Both the position numbers and the translations under genes were made by a program. A stretch of DNA of 32,000 nucleotides from Cereibacter sphaeroides 2.4.1 (GTDB lineage: Bacteria; Pseudomonadota; Alphaproteobacteria; Rhodobacterales; Rhodobacteraceae), in the NCBI RefSeq assembly GCF_000012905.2, contig NC_007493.2, positions 1,110,001 to 1,142,000 of the forward strand, written 5' to 3'. Shown piece after piece: positions 17,195-30,154 of the stretch (its first letter is position 1; the number at the start of each line of letters is the position of its first letter). The notes under the pieces are model-generated. The model did not search any database. It was not told the DNA's origin and worked only from the letters and a program-made list of their open reading frames with translations.

Positions 17195-18388
17195 TCAGAC
17201 CGTGAGCGCGGCCACTCCGGGCAGCTCCTTGCCCTCCATCCATTCGAGGAAGGCACCGCCCGCCGTCGAGATGTAGGAGAAGCCTTCGGCCGCGCCCGCC
17301 TTGTTGAGGGCGGCCACCGTATCGCCGCCGCCCGCGACCGAAATGAGCTGGCCCGCCTTGGTGAGCTGCGCCACCTGAAGCGCCGCCGCATTCGTCGCGG
17401 CGTCGAAGGGCTCGATCTCGAAGGCGCCGAGCGGGCCGTTCCAGATCAGCGTCTTAGCCGAGGCGAACACTTCGGAGAGGGCGGCCACGGTCTTCGGACC
17501 GGCATCGAGGATCATCGCGTCGGCCGGGCAGGCCGCCGTCTCGACCGTCTCGTTCGCGGCCCCCGCCTTGAACTCGCGCGCCACCACCACATCGAGCGGA
17601 AGATGGATCGTGCAGCCCGCGGCCTTCGCCTTGGAGAGGATCTCGCGCGCCGTATCGGCCATGTCGCGCTCGGCCAGCGACTTGCCGACCTCGATCCCCT
17701 GCGCCACGAGGAAGGTGTTGGCCATGCCGCCGCCGATCACCAGATGATCGACCCGGCCCACGAGATTGCCCAGAAGGTCGAGCTTGGTCGAGACCTTGGC
17801 CCCGCCCACCACGGCCACAACGGGGCGCTCGGGATGGCCGAGAGCGGCTTCGAGCGCCTTCAGCTCGGCCTCCATCAGCCGGCCGGCGGCCGAGGGCAGA
17901 AGACGGGCGAGGCCCTCGGTCGAGGCATGGGCGCGGTGCGCGGCCGAGAAGGCATCGTTGACATAGACCTGCCCCAGCTTCGCCATCGCGGCGGCCAGCT
18001 CGGGGTCGTTCTTCTCCTCGCCGGCATGGAAGCGGGTGTTCTCGAGGAGGAGCACCTCGCCCTCGAGCATGGCGGCCACCGCCTGCTCGGGCTCGGGGCC
18101 CACGCAGTCGGCGGCAAAGCTCACCTTGGTGCCAGGCAGCGCGTTCTGCAGCGCGGGCAGCACGAGGCGGAGGCTCATCTCGTCCACGACCTTGCCCTTC
18201 GGACGGCCGAAATGGGCGAGCAGGACGGGCTTGCCGCCCTTCTTCAGGATATCCTCGACGGTGGGGACGATCTTCTCGATCCGGGTGGCGTCGGTGACTT
18301 CGCCATTTTCCATCGGCACGTTCACATCCACGCGCACCAGCACGACCTTGCCGGCAAGATCCATGTCGTCGAGTGTCTTCCAGCCCAT
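17195..18388 (-). CDS. pgk: Phosphoglycerate kinase
   Basis: The true start was taken at the ATG at 18388 ([26 protein letters not shown]), with GGAGGAACC upstream. 397 aa. The 92 upstream codons of the track ORF are an extension through the intergenic region. Classic PGK motifs are present ([23 protein letters not shown]). Confidence 0.95.
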
Positions 18389-18536
18389 TCCGGTTCCTCC
18401 TGAAGCGACGTTTCCCGCTTCCAAGCCGATCGACGTGCGCCCGTCAACCGGCGTTCGGCCGCAGGGGCGCGAATTCAGACCTTTTCCTGACCGCGCGCGG
18501 CCACTAGGTTGACCCCGATTGCAAGAGGAGGGCCCC

Positions 18537-19046
18537 ATGGCCGAGATCAAGGATCCCGAGAACACCATCATCATGACGCTGAAGGACGGCGAGGTGGTGA
18601 TCGAGCTTCTGTCGGACGTCGCCCCGAAGCACAGCGAACGGATGAAGGCCCTGGCCCGCGCCAAGGCCTATGACAACGTGGTCTTCCACCGCGTGATCGA
18701 GGGCTTCATGGCCCAGACCGGCGATGTCGCGAACGGAAACACGGAAGACGGCTTCAACATCCGCCGCGCCGGGACGGGCGGGTCGGACATGCCGGACCTG
18801 CCGGCGGAATTCTCGAAGCTGCCGCACGCGCGCGGCACGCTCGGTGCGGCCCGGTCGCAGAACCCGAACTCGGCCAATTCGCAGTTCTTCATCAACTTCC
18901 GCGACAACGACTTCCTGAACGGCCAGTACACCGTTTACGGCCGCGTGATCTCGGGGATGGAGCATGTGGACAAGATCGCCCGCGGCGAGCCGCCGGCGAA
19001 CCCGGACAAGATGCTGACGGTGCGGGTGGCGGCCGATGTCGTCTGA
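18537..19046 (+). CDS. ppiB: Cytoplasmic cyclophilin-type peptidyl-prolyl cis-trans isomerase
   Basis: The ATG at 18537 is preceded by AGAGGAGG; the track ORF begins at an upstream TTG. The sequence has [22 protein letters not shown] and GQYTVYGRV. 169 aa. Confidence 0.9.
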
Positions 19047-19629
19047 GAAATTTCTCTTCGCCGGGCTGATGTCGCTGGGCCTCGCGGTGCTCGGCGGCTA
19101 CGGCCTCTCGCAATCGGCGGTCTTCGCGCAGGCGGCCGAGGACGGGCCGGGGCCGAACCTCGTGATCGAGTTGACGGGACAGGCCGAGGGCGAGGTGGTG
19201 ATCGACCTCCTGCCCGACGTGGCGCCCGCCCATGTCGAGCGCATGGTCACGCTGGCCCGCGAGGGCGCCTACGACGGCGTGGTCTTCCACCGCGTGATCG
19301 AGGGCTTCATGGCCCAGACCGGCGACGTGGAATTCGGCAAGGGGAACAACCTGCGCCGCGCCGGCACGGGCGGGTCGAGCTATCCCGACCTTCCGGCCGA
19401 ATTCTCGGACGTGCCCTTCACGCGCGGCGTGGTGGGCATGGCGCGCTCGGACGATCCGAACTCGGCCAATTCGCAGTTCTTCATCATGTTCGCGCCGGGC
19501 GAGTTCCTGAACGGCCAGTATACGGTGGTGGGCCGCGTGGTGCAGGGCATGGATGTGGTCGACAGGATCGCCCGCGGCGAGCCTCCGCGGACGCCGGATG
19601 CGATGGCGAAGGTGACCGTGGCCGAGTGA
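19036..19629 (+). CDS. ppiA: Secreted (periplasmic) cyclophilin-type peptidyl-prolyl cis-trans isomerase
   Basis: 197 aa. It has an N-terminal signal peptide ([28 protein letters not shown]) followed by the same cyclophilin motifs as ppiB. It overlaps the ppiB end by 11 nt. Confidence 0.9.
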   Translation: MSSEKFLFAGLMSLGLAVLGGYGLSQSAVFAQAAEDGPGPNLVIELTGQAEGEVVIDLLPDVAPAHVERMVTLAREGAYDGVVFHRVIEGFMAQTGDVEFGKGNNLRRAGTGGSSYPDLPAEFSDVPFTRGVVGMARSDDPNSANSQFFIMFAPGEFLNGQYTVVGRVVQGMDVVDRIARGEPPRTPDAMAKVTVAE

Positions 19630-19691
19630 GGCCGCGGTCGGACGGGGGGCTGTCTGCCCCCCGCACCCCCCGAGGATATTTGGGCAGAGTG

Positions 19692-19717
19692 AAAGGGCGC
19701 CGGAAGGCGTCCTTTTT
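19692..19717. terminator. Intrinsic terminator after the ppi genes, possibly bidirectional
   Basis: AAAGGGCGCC, loop GGAA, GGCGTCCTTT (10-bp stem with one G-U pair), continuing into a T-run (CCTTTTTG) with an A-run on the left side. Confidence 0.6.
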
Positions 19718-19870
19718 GCGTCCGGCCCGGCAGGATGGTTGGCTGCAAGGCCGCGCGGCTCGCCGGGGGCCGGTCGAGCGGCGCGGGGCGCAGCGCAGCG
19801 GCCCGAGCACCGCGCCCCGGCAGGGCGGAGAGACCGGGCAGAGCGGCGGACGGCCGCCGCGCGCGGGCCG

Positions 19871-21121
19871 TCAGGAGAGACGGACGAGCTTGTGCTTCTT
19901 CCTGCCGATCGAGACCTTCAGCTCCTCGCCCACGGTCGCGGCCGTGACCGGGGTGTTGGCATCGCCCACCGGCTCGTTGTTGAAGCGCAGCCCGTTCTCG
20001 GCCACGAGGCGCTTGGCCTCCTTGCCGGAGGCGACGAGGCCTGCGGCCACGAGGAAATGTGCGACCGAGAGGCCCTCGCCCAGCGTCGCGGCCGGAAGCT
20101 CCACCACTTCGAGGGCGCCGCCCACGCCGCCCTCCTCGAAGACCGCGCGCGCGGTGGCCTCGGCCGCTTCGGCGGCGTCCCGGCCGTGGAGGAGCGTCGT
20201 CACCTCGTTCGCGAGCAGGATCTTGGCCGCGTTGATCTCCGAGCCCTGCAGCGCGCCCAGCCGGTCGCACTCCTCGACGGGCAGCTCGGTGTAGAGCTTG
20301 AGGAACCGGCCCACATCCGCATCGGTCGTGTTGCGCCAGAACTGCCAGAAGTCGTAGGGCGCCAGCATCTCGCCGTTGAGCCAGACCGCGCCGCCCGCGG
20401 ACTTGCCCATCTTGCGCCCGTCCGAGGTTGTGAGCAGCGGCGAGGTCAGCCCGAAGATCTCGCCTTCGAGCACGCGGCGCGTCAGGTCGATCCCGTTGAC
20501 GATGTTGCCCCACTGGTCCGACCCGCCCATCTGCAGCCGGCAGCCGGTGCGGCGGAACAGCTCGAGGAAGTCGTAGGCCTGCAGGATCATGTAGTTGAAT
20601 TCGAGGAACGACAGCGACTGTTCGCGGTCGAGCCGGCTCTTCACGCTTTCGAACGAGAGCATCCGGTTGACCGAGAAATGCCGCCCGATGTCGCGCAGGA
20701 AATCGAGGTAGTTCAGCTGGTCCAGCCATTCGGCATTGTTGAGCATCAGCGCGTCGGTCGCGCCCTCGCCGTAGGAGAGGTAGCGCGCGAAGACCTTGCG
20801 CATGCCTTCGATATTCTCGTCGATCCTGTCGGGCGTGAGCAGCGGACGCTCTTCGGAGCGGAAGGAGGGATCGCCCACCTTCGTCGTGCCGCCGCCCATC
20901 AGGGTGATCGGCTTGTGCCCGGTCTTCTGCAGCCAGCGCAGCATCATGATGTTGAGAAGGTGCCCCACATGCAGCGAGGCCGCCGTCGCATCATAGCCGA
21001 TGTAGGCAGGAACGACCCCTTTCGACAGGGCCTCGTCCAGTGCCTGCATGTCGGTGCAGTCGGCGAGGTAGCCGCGCTCCTGCATCACGCGCAGGAAATC
21101 GGATTTGGGATGGTAGGTCAT
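19871..21121 (-). CDS. tyrS: Tyrosine--tRNA ligase
   Basis: The true start was taken at the ATG at 21121 ([24 protein letters not shown]). 416 aa. It has a HIGH motif (ASLHVGHL), KMSKS as KMGKS, and a C-terminal S4-like domain. The rest of the 913-aa track ORF is an upstream extension antisense to anmK. Confidence 0.95.
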
Positions 21122-21196
21122 CGGTCCCTCGTGCCTTGGCCGGTCGTCGCGGCTATGATGGCGGGATATATCCGGGGCGGTCGTGGAGGGAAAGCC

Positions 21197-22312
21197 ATGT
21201 TGAAGGGCGGAGCGGTCTGGGCGCTGGGGACGATGTCGGGCACCTCGCTCGATGGGGTCGATGCGGCGATGGTGCTGACCGACGGCGAGCGGATCCTCGA
21301 GTTCGGCGAGACGCGGTATCGCGCCTATTCCGAGGCCGAGCGCGCGGTGCTGCGGGCGGCCCTCGGGCGCTGGCCGGGCGAGGCGGCGGTGGCCGAGGCC
21401 GCAGAGGTGGTCGAGGCGGCCCATGCCGAACTGCTCGCCGCGTTCCGCGGGGCGGAGATCGTGGGCTTTCACGGCCAGACGCTCGCGCATGAGCCGGGCG
21501 GGCGGGGCACGCATCAGGCGGGCTCGGGCGAGCGGCTCGCGCAGGCGCTGGGGGTGCCGGTCGTGTGGGATTTCCGGTCGGCGGATGTGGCGGCCGGCGG
21601 GCAGGGCGCGCCGCTCGCGCCCTTCTACCATTTCGCCTGCGCGCGGCGGGCAGGCGCCGACCGGCCGGTGGCCTTCCTCAATCTCGGCGGCGTCGGCAAC
21701 CTGACCTGGGTCGATCCGCGCCAGGCCGCGCCCGAGGCGCCCGGCGCCTGTCTCGCCTTCGACACCGGCCCCGCCAATGCGCCGATCAACGATCTGATGC
21801 AGGCCCGCCTCGGGCGGAGCCACGACGAGGGCGGGCGGCTCGCGGCCGAGGGAGAGGTGGCCGAAGCGGTGCTCGCGCGCTTTCTCGATCATGCCTTCTT
21901 CGCCCGGATGCCGCCAAAATCGCTCGACCGGGATGCGTTCGCGGATCTCCTCCCGGCGGTCGCGGATCTCTCCGATGCGGATGCGGCGGCGACCCTGACG
22001 GCGGCGGCAGCGGCGGCGGTGGCGCGCGGGGCCGCGCATTTCCCCACGCCGGTGCGCCAGCTTCTCGTGACCGGGGGCGGGCGGCACAATCCCGTGCTGA
22101 TGGCGATGCTCGAGGCGCGCACCGGGATCGAGGTGGTGCCGGTCGAGCAGGCGGGCCTCGACGGCGACATGCTGGAGGCGCAGGCCTTCGCCTATCTCGC
22201 GGTTCGGGTGGCGCGGGGGCTGCCGACCTCGGCCCCCTCGACCACCGGCGTGCCCGCCTGCCTCGGCGGCGGCCGCATGAGCCGGCCCGAGGCTCTGGCG
22301 CTTCAGCCCTGA
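21197..22312 (+). CDS. anmK: Anhydro-N-acetylmuramic acid kinase
   Basis: The true start was taken at the ATG at 21197 ([26 protein letters not shown]). 371 aa. It has the GxMSGTSxDGxD signature, [17 protein letters not shown] and a GGGRHN motif. Confidence 0.9.
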
Positions 22313-22349
22313 AGGTCCGGTCTCCGCTTGCCGGGAGCGCCGGCGCGGC

Positions 22350-22772
22350 TCAGGCGCGGGGGATGTCGAACCCTTCCGGCGCCAGCTCGAAGCCCTCGAA
22401 GCGGAAGCCGGGGCTGACGGTGCAGCCGACGAGGCTCCAGTCGCCTGTCGAGCGCGCGGCCTGCCAGTGGTGGGGCGGCACGATCCCCTGCGGGCTCTCG
22501 CCCGCGAGCACGTCCGGCCCGAGCCGGATCTCGCGCGCCGGTCCCGCGCCGTCGGCGGCCACCGACAGGATGAGCGGTGCGCCGGCATGGAAGTGCCAGA
22601 TCTCGGTCGCATCGATCCGGTGCCAGTGCGACCGCTCGCCGGCCTTCAGGAGGAACAGGATCGCCGTCCCGGGCGGGCGCCCCTCGGCCGGGGCCCGCCA
22701 GGTCTCGCGATACCAGCCGCCTTCCGGGTGACGGGCGAGCCCGAGGCGGGCGATGATCCGGTCTGCATCCAT
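22350..22772 (-). CDS. Cupin-fold protein of the DUF985 family
   Basis: 140 aa. [17 protein letters not shown] ... [17 protein letters not shown] ... [15 protein letters not shown] matches the DUF985 cupin pattern. Confidence 0.8.
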
Positions 22773-22994
22773 GCTCTCTCTCCGACGCGCCGTTGCGGCG
22801 CCAGTCTGGCGCAGGGGCCGCGGGCTGCAAGCCCGCTCTGCGCCGGATTGCGCGCTTCGGTTGAGGGGCCTTGAGGGAGGAGGTTGTATTCTCCTCCACC
22901 CCCCTCGTCAAAGCGGCCCAACCCGTTGTCAGATATGGCCCTTCGGCCAAATTCGATCCGGCCGGAGACCCATCCGACACAGGGGAGACGAGAT

Positions 22995-23171
22995 TTGGAC
23001 AAGGCAATCACCACCGCCGACTGCGCCTACGAGGCGCCGGTCCTGCGCGTTCACGGCACACTCGAGGAAATGACCCACGGCCGCGGCCATGGCGGCTTCG
23101 GCGGGGGCTGGGGCTGGGGCGGCGGCCGTCCGCACCGCCCGCACGATCCCTGCGACTACACCTTCTCCTGA
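22995..23171 (+). CDS. Small standalone ORF (58 codons): a RiPP-precursor-like peptide with a lasso-type leader motif and a Gly/Trp/His-rich C-terminal region
   Basis: The in-frame TTG at 22995 is preceded by AGGGGAG with a 7-nt spacer. Alternative ATG starts lie at 22936 and 22884 without a Shine-Dalgarno sequence. Translation: (M)DKAITTADCAYEAPVLRVHGTLEEMTH-GRGHGGFGGGWGWGGGRPHRPHDPCDYTFS. GC3 is about 88% in this frame. A 13-bp terminator hairpin follows 20 nt after the stop. The leader fits YxxPxLxxxGxxxxxTx exactly. Confidence 0.55.
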   Translation: MDKAITTADCAYEAPVLRVHGTLEEMTHGRGHGGFGGGWGWGGGRPHRPHDPCDYTFS

Positions 23172-23190
23172 TCGCCCGCGCGGCAGGCAA

Positions 23191-23220
23191 AAGGCCCGGA
23201 CGCATGCGCGTCCGGGCCTT
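23191..23220. terminator. Bidirectional terminator hairpin between the small ORF and eno
   Basis: AAGGCCCGGACGC, loop ATGC, GCGTCCGGGCCTT (perfect 13-bp stem), lying between convergent stops at 23171 and 23242. Confidence 0.7.
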
Positions 23221-23241
23221 CGCATGTCCGGGGCCCGGGCC

Positions 23242-25438
<2,197 letters not shown>

Positions 25439-25502
25439 GTCTGTCCCAATCTTGGGGAGCCTGTCCCCGGATGCGAGCGAAGGGCCGCCCTGATGTCGGG
25501 CG

Positions 25503-25916
25503 TCAGCCCTTCCGGACGGGCCGGCCGAACAGTTCGAACCGGTGGCCCACCAGCCGGTAGCCCAGCCGGGCCGCGATCTTCTCCTGCAGAGCCTCGATCT
25601 CGGGATCGACGAACTCGATCACCTCGCCCGTGGTCACATCGATCAGATGGTCGTGGTGGTCGCGCTCGGCGTCCTCGTAGCGCGAGCGCCCGTCGCCGAA
25701 CTCGAGCCGCTCAAGGATGCCCGCCTCCTCGAAGAGCTTGACCGTGCGGTAGACCGTGGCGATCGAGATCCGCGGATCCACGGCCGAGGCGCGGGCGTGC
25801 AGTTCCTCGACATCGGGATGGTCGGCGGATTCGCCGATCACGCGCGCGATGGTGCGGCGCTGTTCGGTCATGCGCAGGCCCTTGGCCTCGCAGCGGGAAA
25901 TGATCGAATCCTGCAT
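25503..25916 (-). CDS. fur: Fur-family metalloregulator of the alphaproteobacterial Fur/Mur type (no structural Cys motifs)
   Basis: 137 aa. GLRMTEQRRTIARVI...HPDVEELH...ISIATVYRTVKLFEEAGIL...GRSRYE...HHDHLIDVTTGEVIEF..PEIEALQEKIA...GYRLVGHRFELFG closely resembles my recollection of rhizobial Fur/Mur. The CxxC pairs of enterobacterial Fur are absent. Confidence 0.85.
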   Translation of the reverse strand: MQDSIISRCEAKGLRMTEQRRTIARVIGESADHPDVEELHARASAVDPRISIATVYRTVKLFEEAGILERLEFGDGRSRYEDAERDHHDHLIDVTTGEVIEFVDPEIEALQEKIAARLGYRLVGHRFELFGRPVRKG

Positions 25917-26497
25917 GTGGATCTCCGGTATCGCGGGCCGGTTTCAGGGCAGGTCTAAGCGATCACCGCGGCCTGGGCCAGACCTTTCCGAAGCGCCGCG
26001 GGCCGGGGAATCGCCCTGCCGCCAGGATGCCTTGAGGGCCCGTGCGCGTTGTGCGGATGCCACCTGAAAGATTCGCCTTTTCCGCGACTTGCGGAGCCGC
26101 GACTCGGCGCGGGGCCGTTCTTCCCCATTTTGCACCATCCGTGCAAGCGCCCGTCCCGGCGAGGCTTTGGGCGCTTGTCCGCCAGACCGCCCGCACTTGT
26201 CCACACAGATACCCACAGCCTTTCGGATGATACCACCCATGGAGCCAGATGCCCCGTCAAGCACATTATCTTGGGGGTAGGCCGAAGAATCGCGTTGCCA
26301 CCCTGTAGGGTTTGAGACAATTTGAGTGAGCAGCGCGGCCGGCCACACCTCGTGGCGGCGGGCGCGGATGAACCACCGACACATGCCCGATCGACGGGCC
26401 GATCCAGCTCGCCTGCGCGGGCCGGTCCGGCTTTGCGCGACCGGCGCACGAGATCAACCAGGGGCTCACGGCCCCCGAGGCACAACGGAGAGGCGAG

Positions 26498-29400
26498 ATG
26501 AAGATCGAGCGGAAGTTCACCACGGCGGAGGGCGGCGCCTATGGCGGCGTCGGCTTCACCACGACGGTGTCCGAGATCCGGAACCCCGACGGCACCGTGG
26601 TCTTCCGCAACGAGAGCGTCGAGGTGCCCGAGGGCTGGAGCCAGGTGGCTTCGGACGTGCTGGCCCAGAAATACTTCCGCAAGGCGGGCGTGCCTGCCCG
26701 CCTCAAGCGCGTGAAGGAGAAGGGGGTCCCGGACTTCCTGTGGCGCTCGGTGCCCGACGAGGCGGAGCTGGCGAAGCTGCCCGAAGAGGAGCGGTTCGTC
26801 GGCGAGACCTCGGCCCGGCAGGTGTTCGACCGTCTGGCCGGCGCCTGGGCCTACTGGGGCTGGAAGGGCGGCTATTTCTCGACCGAGGCCGATGCGCGCG
26901 CCTATTACGACGAGATGCGCCACATGCTGGCCCGGCAGATGGCCGCGCCGAACTCGCCGCAATGGTTCAACACCGGCCTTCACTGGGCCTATGGCATCGA
27001 TGGCCCGTCGCAGGGCCACTTCTATGTCGATCACGCGACCGGCAAACTCCAGAAGTCGGACAGCGCCTACGAACATCCCCAGCCGCACGCCTGCTTCATT
27101 CAGTCGGTGCAGGACGACCTCGTGAACGAGGGCGGGATCATGGATCTCTGGGTGCGCGAGGCCCGGCTGTTCAAATACGGCTCGGGCACCGGCACCAACT
27201 TCTCGAGCCTGCGCGGCGAGGGCGAGAAGCTCTCGGGCGGCGGCAAGTCCTCGGGCCTCATGGGGTTCCTGAAGATCGGCGACCGTGCGGCGGGCGCGAT
27301 CAAGTCGGGCGGCACCACGCGCCGCGCGGCCAAGATGGTGATCTGCGACATGGATCACCCCGACATCGAGCAGTTCATCAACTGGAAAGTCATCGAGGAA
27401 CAGAAGGTCGCCTCTCTGGTCGCCGGTTCGAAGCAGCATGAAGCGAAGCTGAACGACATCTTCGCCGCCATCCGCAGCTTCGACGGCTCGATCGAGGGAG
27501 CGACCGACCCGGCCGGAAACGCAGGCCTCAAGACCGCGATCCGCGCCGCCAAAAAGGCCATGATCCCCGAAACCTACATCAACCGCGTGCTGCAGTATGC
27601 GCGGCAGGGCTTCTCCTCGATCGAATTCCCGACCTACGATACCGATTGGGATTCCGAGGCCTACACGACCGTCTCGGGCCAGAATTCGAACAACTCGGTC
27701 CGCGTGACCGATGCCTTCCTGCAGGCGGTCAAGGACGACGCCGACTGGGCGCTCGTCCGGCGCACCGACGGCAAGGTCGCCAAGACCATCAAGGCGCGCG
27801 AGCTCTGGGATCAGGTGGGCCATGCCGCCTGGGCCTGCGCCGACCCAGGCATCCAGTTCCACGACACGGTCAACGCCTGGCACACCTGCCCCGAGGACGG
27901 GCAGATCCGCGGCTCGAACCCGTGCTCGGAATACATGTTCCTCGATGACACGGCCTGCAACTTGGCCTCGATGAACCTGCTCACCTTCTTCGAGGCCGGC
28001 CGCTTCGATGCCGAGGGCTATGTCCACGCCACGCGGCTCTGGACGGTCACGCTCGAGATCTCGGTGATGATGGCGCAGTTCCCCTCGAAGGAGATCGCGC
28101 AGCTTTCCTACGACTTCCGCACGCTGGGTCTGGGCTACGCCAACATCGGCGGGCTGCTGATGAACATGGGGCTGGGCTACGATTCCAGCGAGGGCCGGGC
28201 GCTCTGCGGCGCGCTCTCGGCGATCATGACCGGCGTGGCCTATGCCACCTCGGCCGAGATGGCAGGCGAGCTCGGCGCCTTTTCGGGCTACGAGCGCAAC
28301 GCGGGCCACATGCTGCGCGTCATCCGCAACCACCGGACCGCCGCCCACGGCCACACGACCGGCTACGAGGGCGTCAACGTGAGCCCGGTCGCGCTCGATC
28401 AGGTGAACTGCCCCGATCCGCGTCTCGTGGCGCTGGCCAAATCCTCCTGGGACGAGGCGCTGCGGCTCGGCGAGGCGCATGGCTACCGCAACGCGCAGGT
28501 GACGGTGATCGCGCCCACGGGCACCATCGGTCTCGTGATGGACTGCGACACCACCGGCATCGAGCCCGACTTCGCGCTGGTGAAGTTCAAGAAGCTCGCG
28601 GGCGGCGGCTACTTCAAGATCATCAACCGCTCGGTGCCCGCGGCGCTCGAGACGCTGGGCTACGCTTCGGCGCAGATCTCGCAGATCGTGGCCTATGCGG
28701 TGGGCCACGGCACGCTCGCCAACTGCCCGACGATCAGCCATTCGGCGCTGGTGGGCCATGGCTTCGGCGCCCGCGAGATCGAGAAGATCGAGGCCGCGCT
28801 GCCCTCGGCCTTCGACATCCGCTTCGTCTTCAACCAGTGGACGCTGGGCGAGGATTTCTGCAAGGGCGCGCTCGGCATCCCGGCCGACAAGCTCGCCGAC
28901 CCGACCTTCGACCTGCTGCGCCATCTGGGCTTCACGCGGGCGCAGATCGAGGCCGCCAACGACCATGTGTGCGGGACCATGACGCTCGAGGGCGCGCCGC
29001 ATCTGAAGGCCGAGCATCTGCCGGTGTTCGACTGCGCCAATCCCTGCGGCAAGAAGGGCAAGCGCTACCTCTCGGTCGAGAGCCACATCCACATGATGGC
29101 CGCGGCCCAGAGCTTCATCTCGGGCGCGATCTCGAAGACGATCAACATGCCGAACTCGGCCACCATCGCCGAGACGCTGGCGGCCTACGAGCTGTCGCAC
29201 TCGCTGGGGATCAAGGCCAACGCGCTCTACCGCGACGGATCGAAACTGAGCCAACCGCTCGCATCGGCGCTGGTCGAGGACGATGAGGAGGCCGAGGAGA
29301 TCCTCGCCACCGGCACGCCTCAGGAAAAGGCCATCGTGCTGGCCGAGAAGATCGTCGAGAAGGTGATCGTCAAGGAGATCGTGCGCAGCCACCGCGAGAA

Positions 29401-30154
29401 GCTGCCCGAGCGCCGCAAGGGCTATACGCAGAAGGCCATCGTCGGCGGCCACAAGGTCTATCTGCGGACCGGCGAATACAAGGACGGCAGCCTCGGCGAA
29501 ATCTTCATCGACATGCACAAGGAAGGCGCGGGCTTCCGGGCGATGATGAACAACTTCGCCATCGCCGTGTCGGTGGGCCTGCAATATGGCGTGCCGCTCG
29601 AGGAGTTCGTCGACGCCTTCACCTTCACCAAGTTCGAGCCCGCGGGCATGGTGCAGGGCAACGACTCGATCAAGAACGCGACCTCGATCCTCGACTACAT
29701 CTTCCGCGAGCTGGCGGTGTCCTACCTCGACCGGACCGACCTTGCTCATGTGAAGCCGGAAGGGGCGAGCTTCGACGATCTGGGCGGCGGCACCGACGAG
29801 GGCCGGAAGTCGAACCTGACCGAAGTGTCGGAGGCGGCCGCCTCGCGCAGCCTCGAGGTGCTCAAGCAGATCAGCTCGACGGGCTATCTGCGCAAGCGCC
29901 TGCCGCAGGAACTGACGGTGCTGCAGGGCGGGATGGCCGTGGGCTTCGACACGGTCCCCGTGGTGGGCACCATCGGCGAAAGCCGGGGCGTGACCGCGAT
30001 TGCCTCCGGCACCGTAACGATGGACGCGCGCACCAAGGCCAAGATGCAGGGCTACGAGGGCGATCCCTGCGGCGAATGCGGCAACTACACGCTGGTCCGC
30101 AACGGCACCTGCATGAAGTGCAACACCTGCGGCGGCACGAGCGGCTGCAGCTGA
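26498..30154 (+). CDS. nrdJ: Class II (adenosylcobalamin-dependent) ribonucleoside-diphosphate reductase
   Basis: 1218 aa with GGAGAGG upstream of the ATG. The motifs are typical of the long alphaproteobacterial NrdJ ([41 protein letters not shown]). The C-terminal Cys-rich tail is [28 protein letters not shown]. Confidence 0.95.
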   Translation: MKIERKFTTAEGGAYGGVGFTTTVSEIRNPDGTVVFRNESVEVPEGWSQVASDVLAQKYFRKAGVPARLKRVKEKGVPDFLWRSVPDEAELAKLPEEERFVGETSARQVFDRLAGAWAYWGWKGGYFSTEADARAYYDEMRHMLARQMAAPNSPQWFNTGLHWAYGIDGPSQGHFYVDHATGKLQKSDSAYEHPQPHACFIQSVQDDLVNEGGIMDLWVREARLFKYGSGTGTNFSSLRGEGEKLSGGGKSSGLMGFLKIGDRAAGAIKSGGTTRRAAKMVICDMDHPDIEQFINWKVIEEQKVASLVAGSKQHEAKLNDIFAAIRSFDGSIEGATDPAGNAGLKTAIRAAKKAMIPETYINRVLQYARQGFSSIEFPTYDTDWDSEAYTTVSGQNSNNSVRVTDAFLQAVKDDADWALVRRTDGKVAKTIKARELWDQVGHAAWACADPGIQFHDTVNAWHTCPEDGQIRGSNPCSEYMFLDDTACNLASMNLLTFFEAGRFDAEGYVHATRLWTVTLEISVMMAQFPSKEIAQLSYDFRTLGLGYANIGGLLMNMGLGYDSSEGRALCGALSAIMTGVAYATSAEMAGELGAFSGYERNAGHMLRVIRNHRTAAHGHTTGYEGVNVSPVALDQVNCPDPRLVALAKSSWDEALRLGEAHGYRNAQVTVIAPTGTIGLVMDCDTTGIEPDFALVKFKKLAGGGYFKIINRSVPAALETLGYASAQISQIVAYAVGHGTLANCPTISHSALVGHGFGAREIEKIEAALPSAFDIRFVFNQWTLGEDFCKGALGIPADKLADPTFDLLRHLGFTRAQIEAANDHVCGTMTLEGAPHLKAEHLPVFDCANPCGKKGKRYLSVESHIHMMAAAQSFISGAISKTINMPNSATIAETLAAYELSHSLGIKANALYRDGSKLSQPLASALVEDDEEAEEILATGTPQEKAIVLAEKIVEKVIVKEIVRSHREKLPERRKGYTQKAIVGGHKVYLRTGEYKDGSLGEIFIDMHKEGAGFRAMMNNFAIAVSVGLQYGVPLEEFVDAFTFTKFEPAGMVQGNDSIKNATSILDYIFRELAVSYLDRTDLAHVKPEGASFDDLGGGTDEGRKSNLTEVSEAAASRSLEVLKQISSTGYLRKRLPQELTVLQGGMAVGFDTVPVVGTIGESRGVTAIASGTVTMDARTKAKMQGYEGDPCGECGNYTLVRNGTCMKCNTCGGTSGCS

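Noticed and set aside
19739-21196. N-terminal extension of the anmK ORF (857 aa), and the analogous extensions of tyrS (to 22612) and pgk (to 18664)
   Set aside because: The extensions are antisense to real genes or run through intergenic DNA. Internal ATGs with Shine-Dalgarno sequences give products of canonical length with canonical N-termini.
22884-22994. Upstream ATG starts (22884, 22936) for the small peptide ORF, giving 95- or 78-aa products
   Set aside because: Neither ATG has a Shine-Dalgarno sequence. The extra N-terminal sequence (MYSPPPPSSKRPNPLSD...) is Pro/Ser/Arg-rich and runs through hairpin-forming DNA. The TTG at 22995 has a well-spaced AGGGGAG. The upstream starts cannot be excluded without data.
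23085-23135. The GGC/GGG/TGG-rich tract, considered as a non-coding simple repeat
   Set aside because: It lies in frame within an ORF with strong GC3 bias, flanked by an RBS and a terminator. It is better explained as a Gly/Trp-rich coding segment.
25960-26497. Cobalamin riboswitch or NrdR boxes upstream of nrdJ
   Set aside because: I could not find the conserved B12-riboswitch core (GGGAA...GGTG..AA.TCC...GCCACTG) or a B12 box. No pair of 16-bp palindromes resembles acaCwAtATaTwGtgt. Only weak partial matches turned up. A covariance-model search would settle this.
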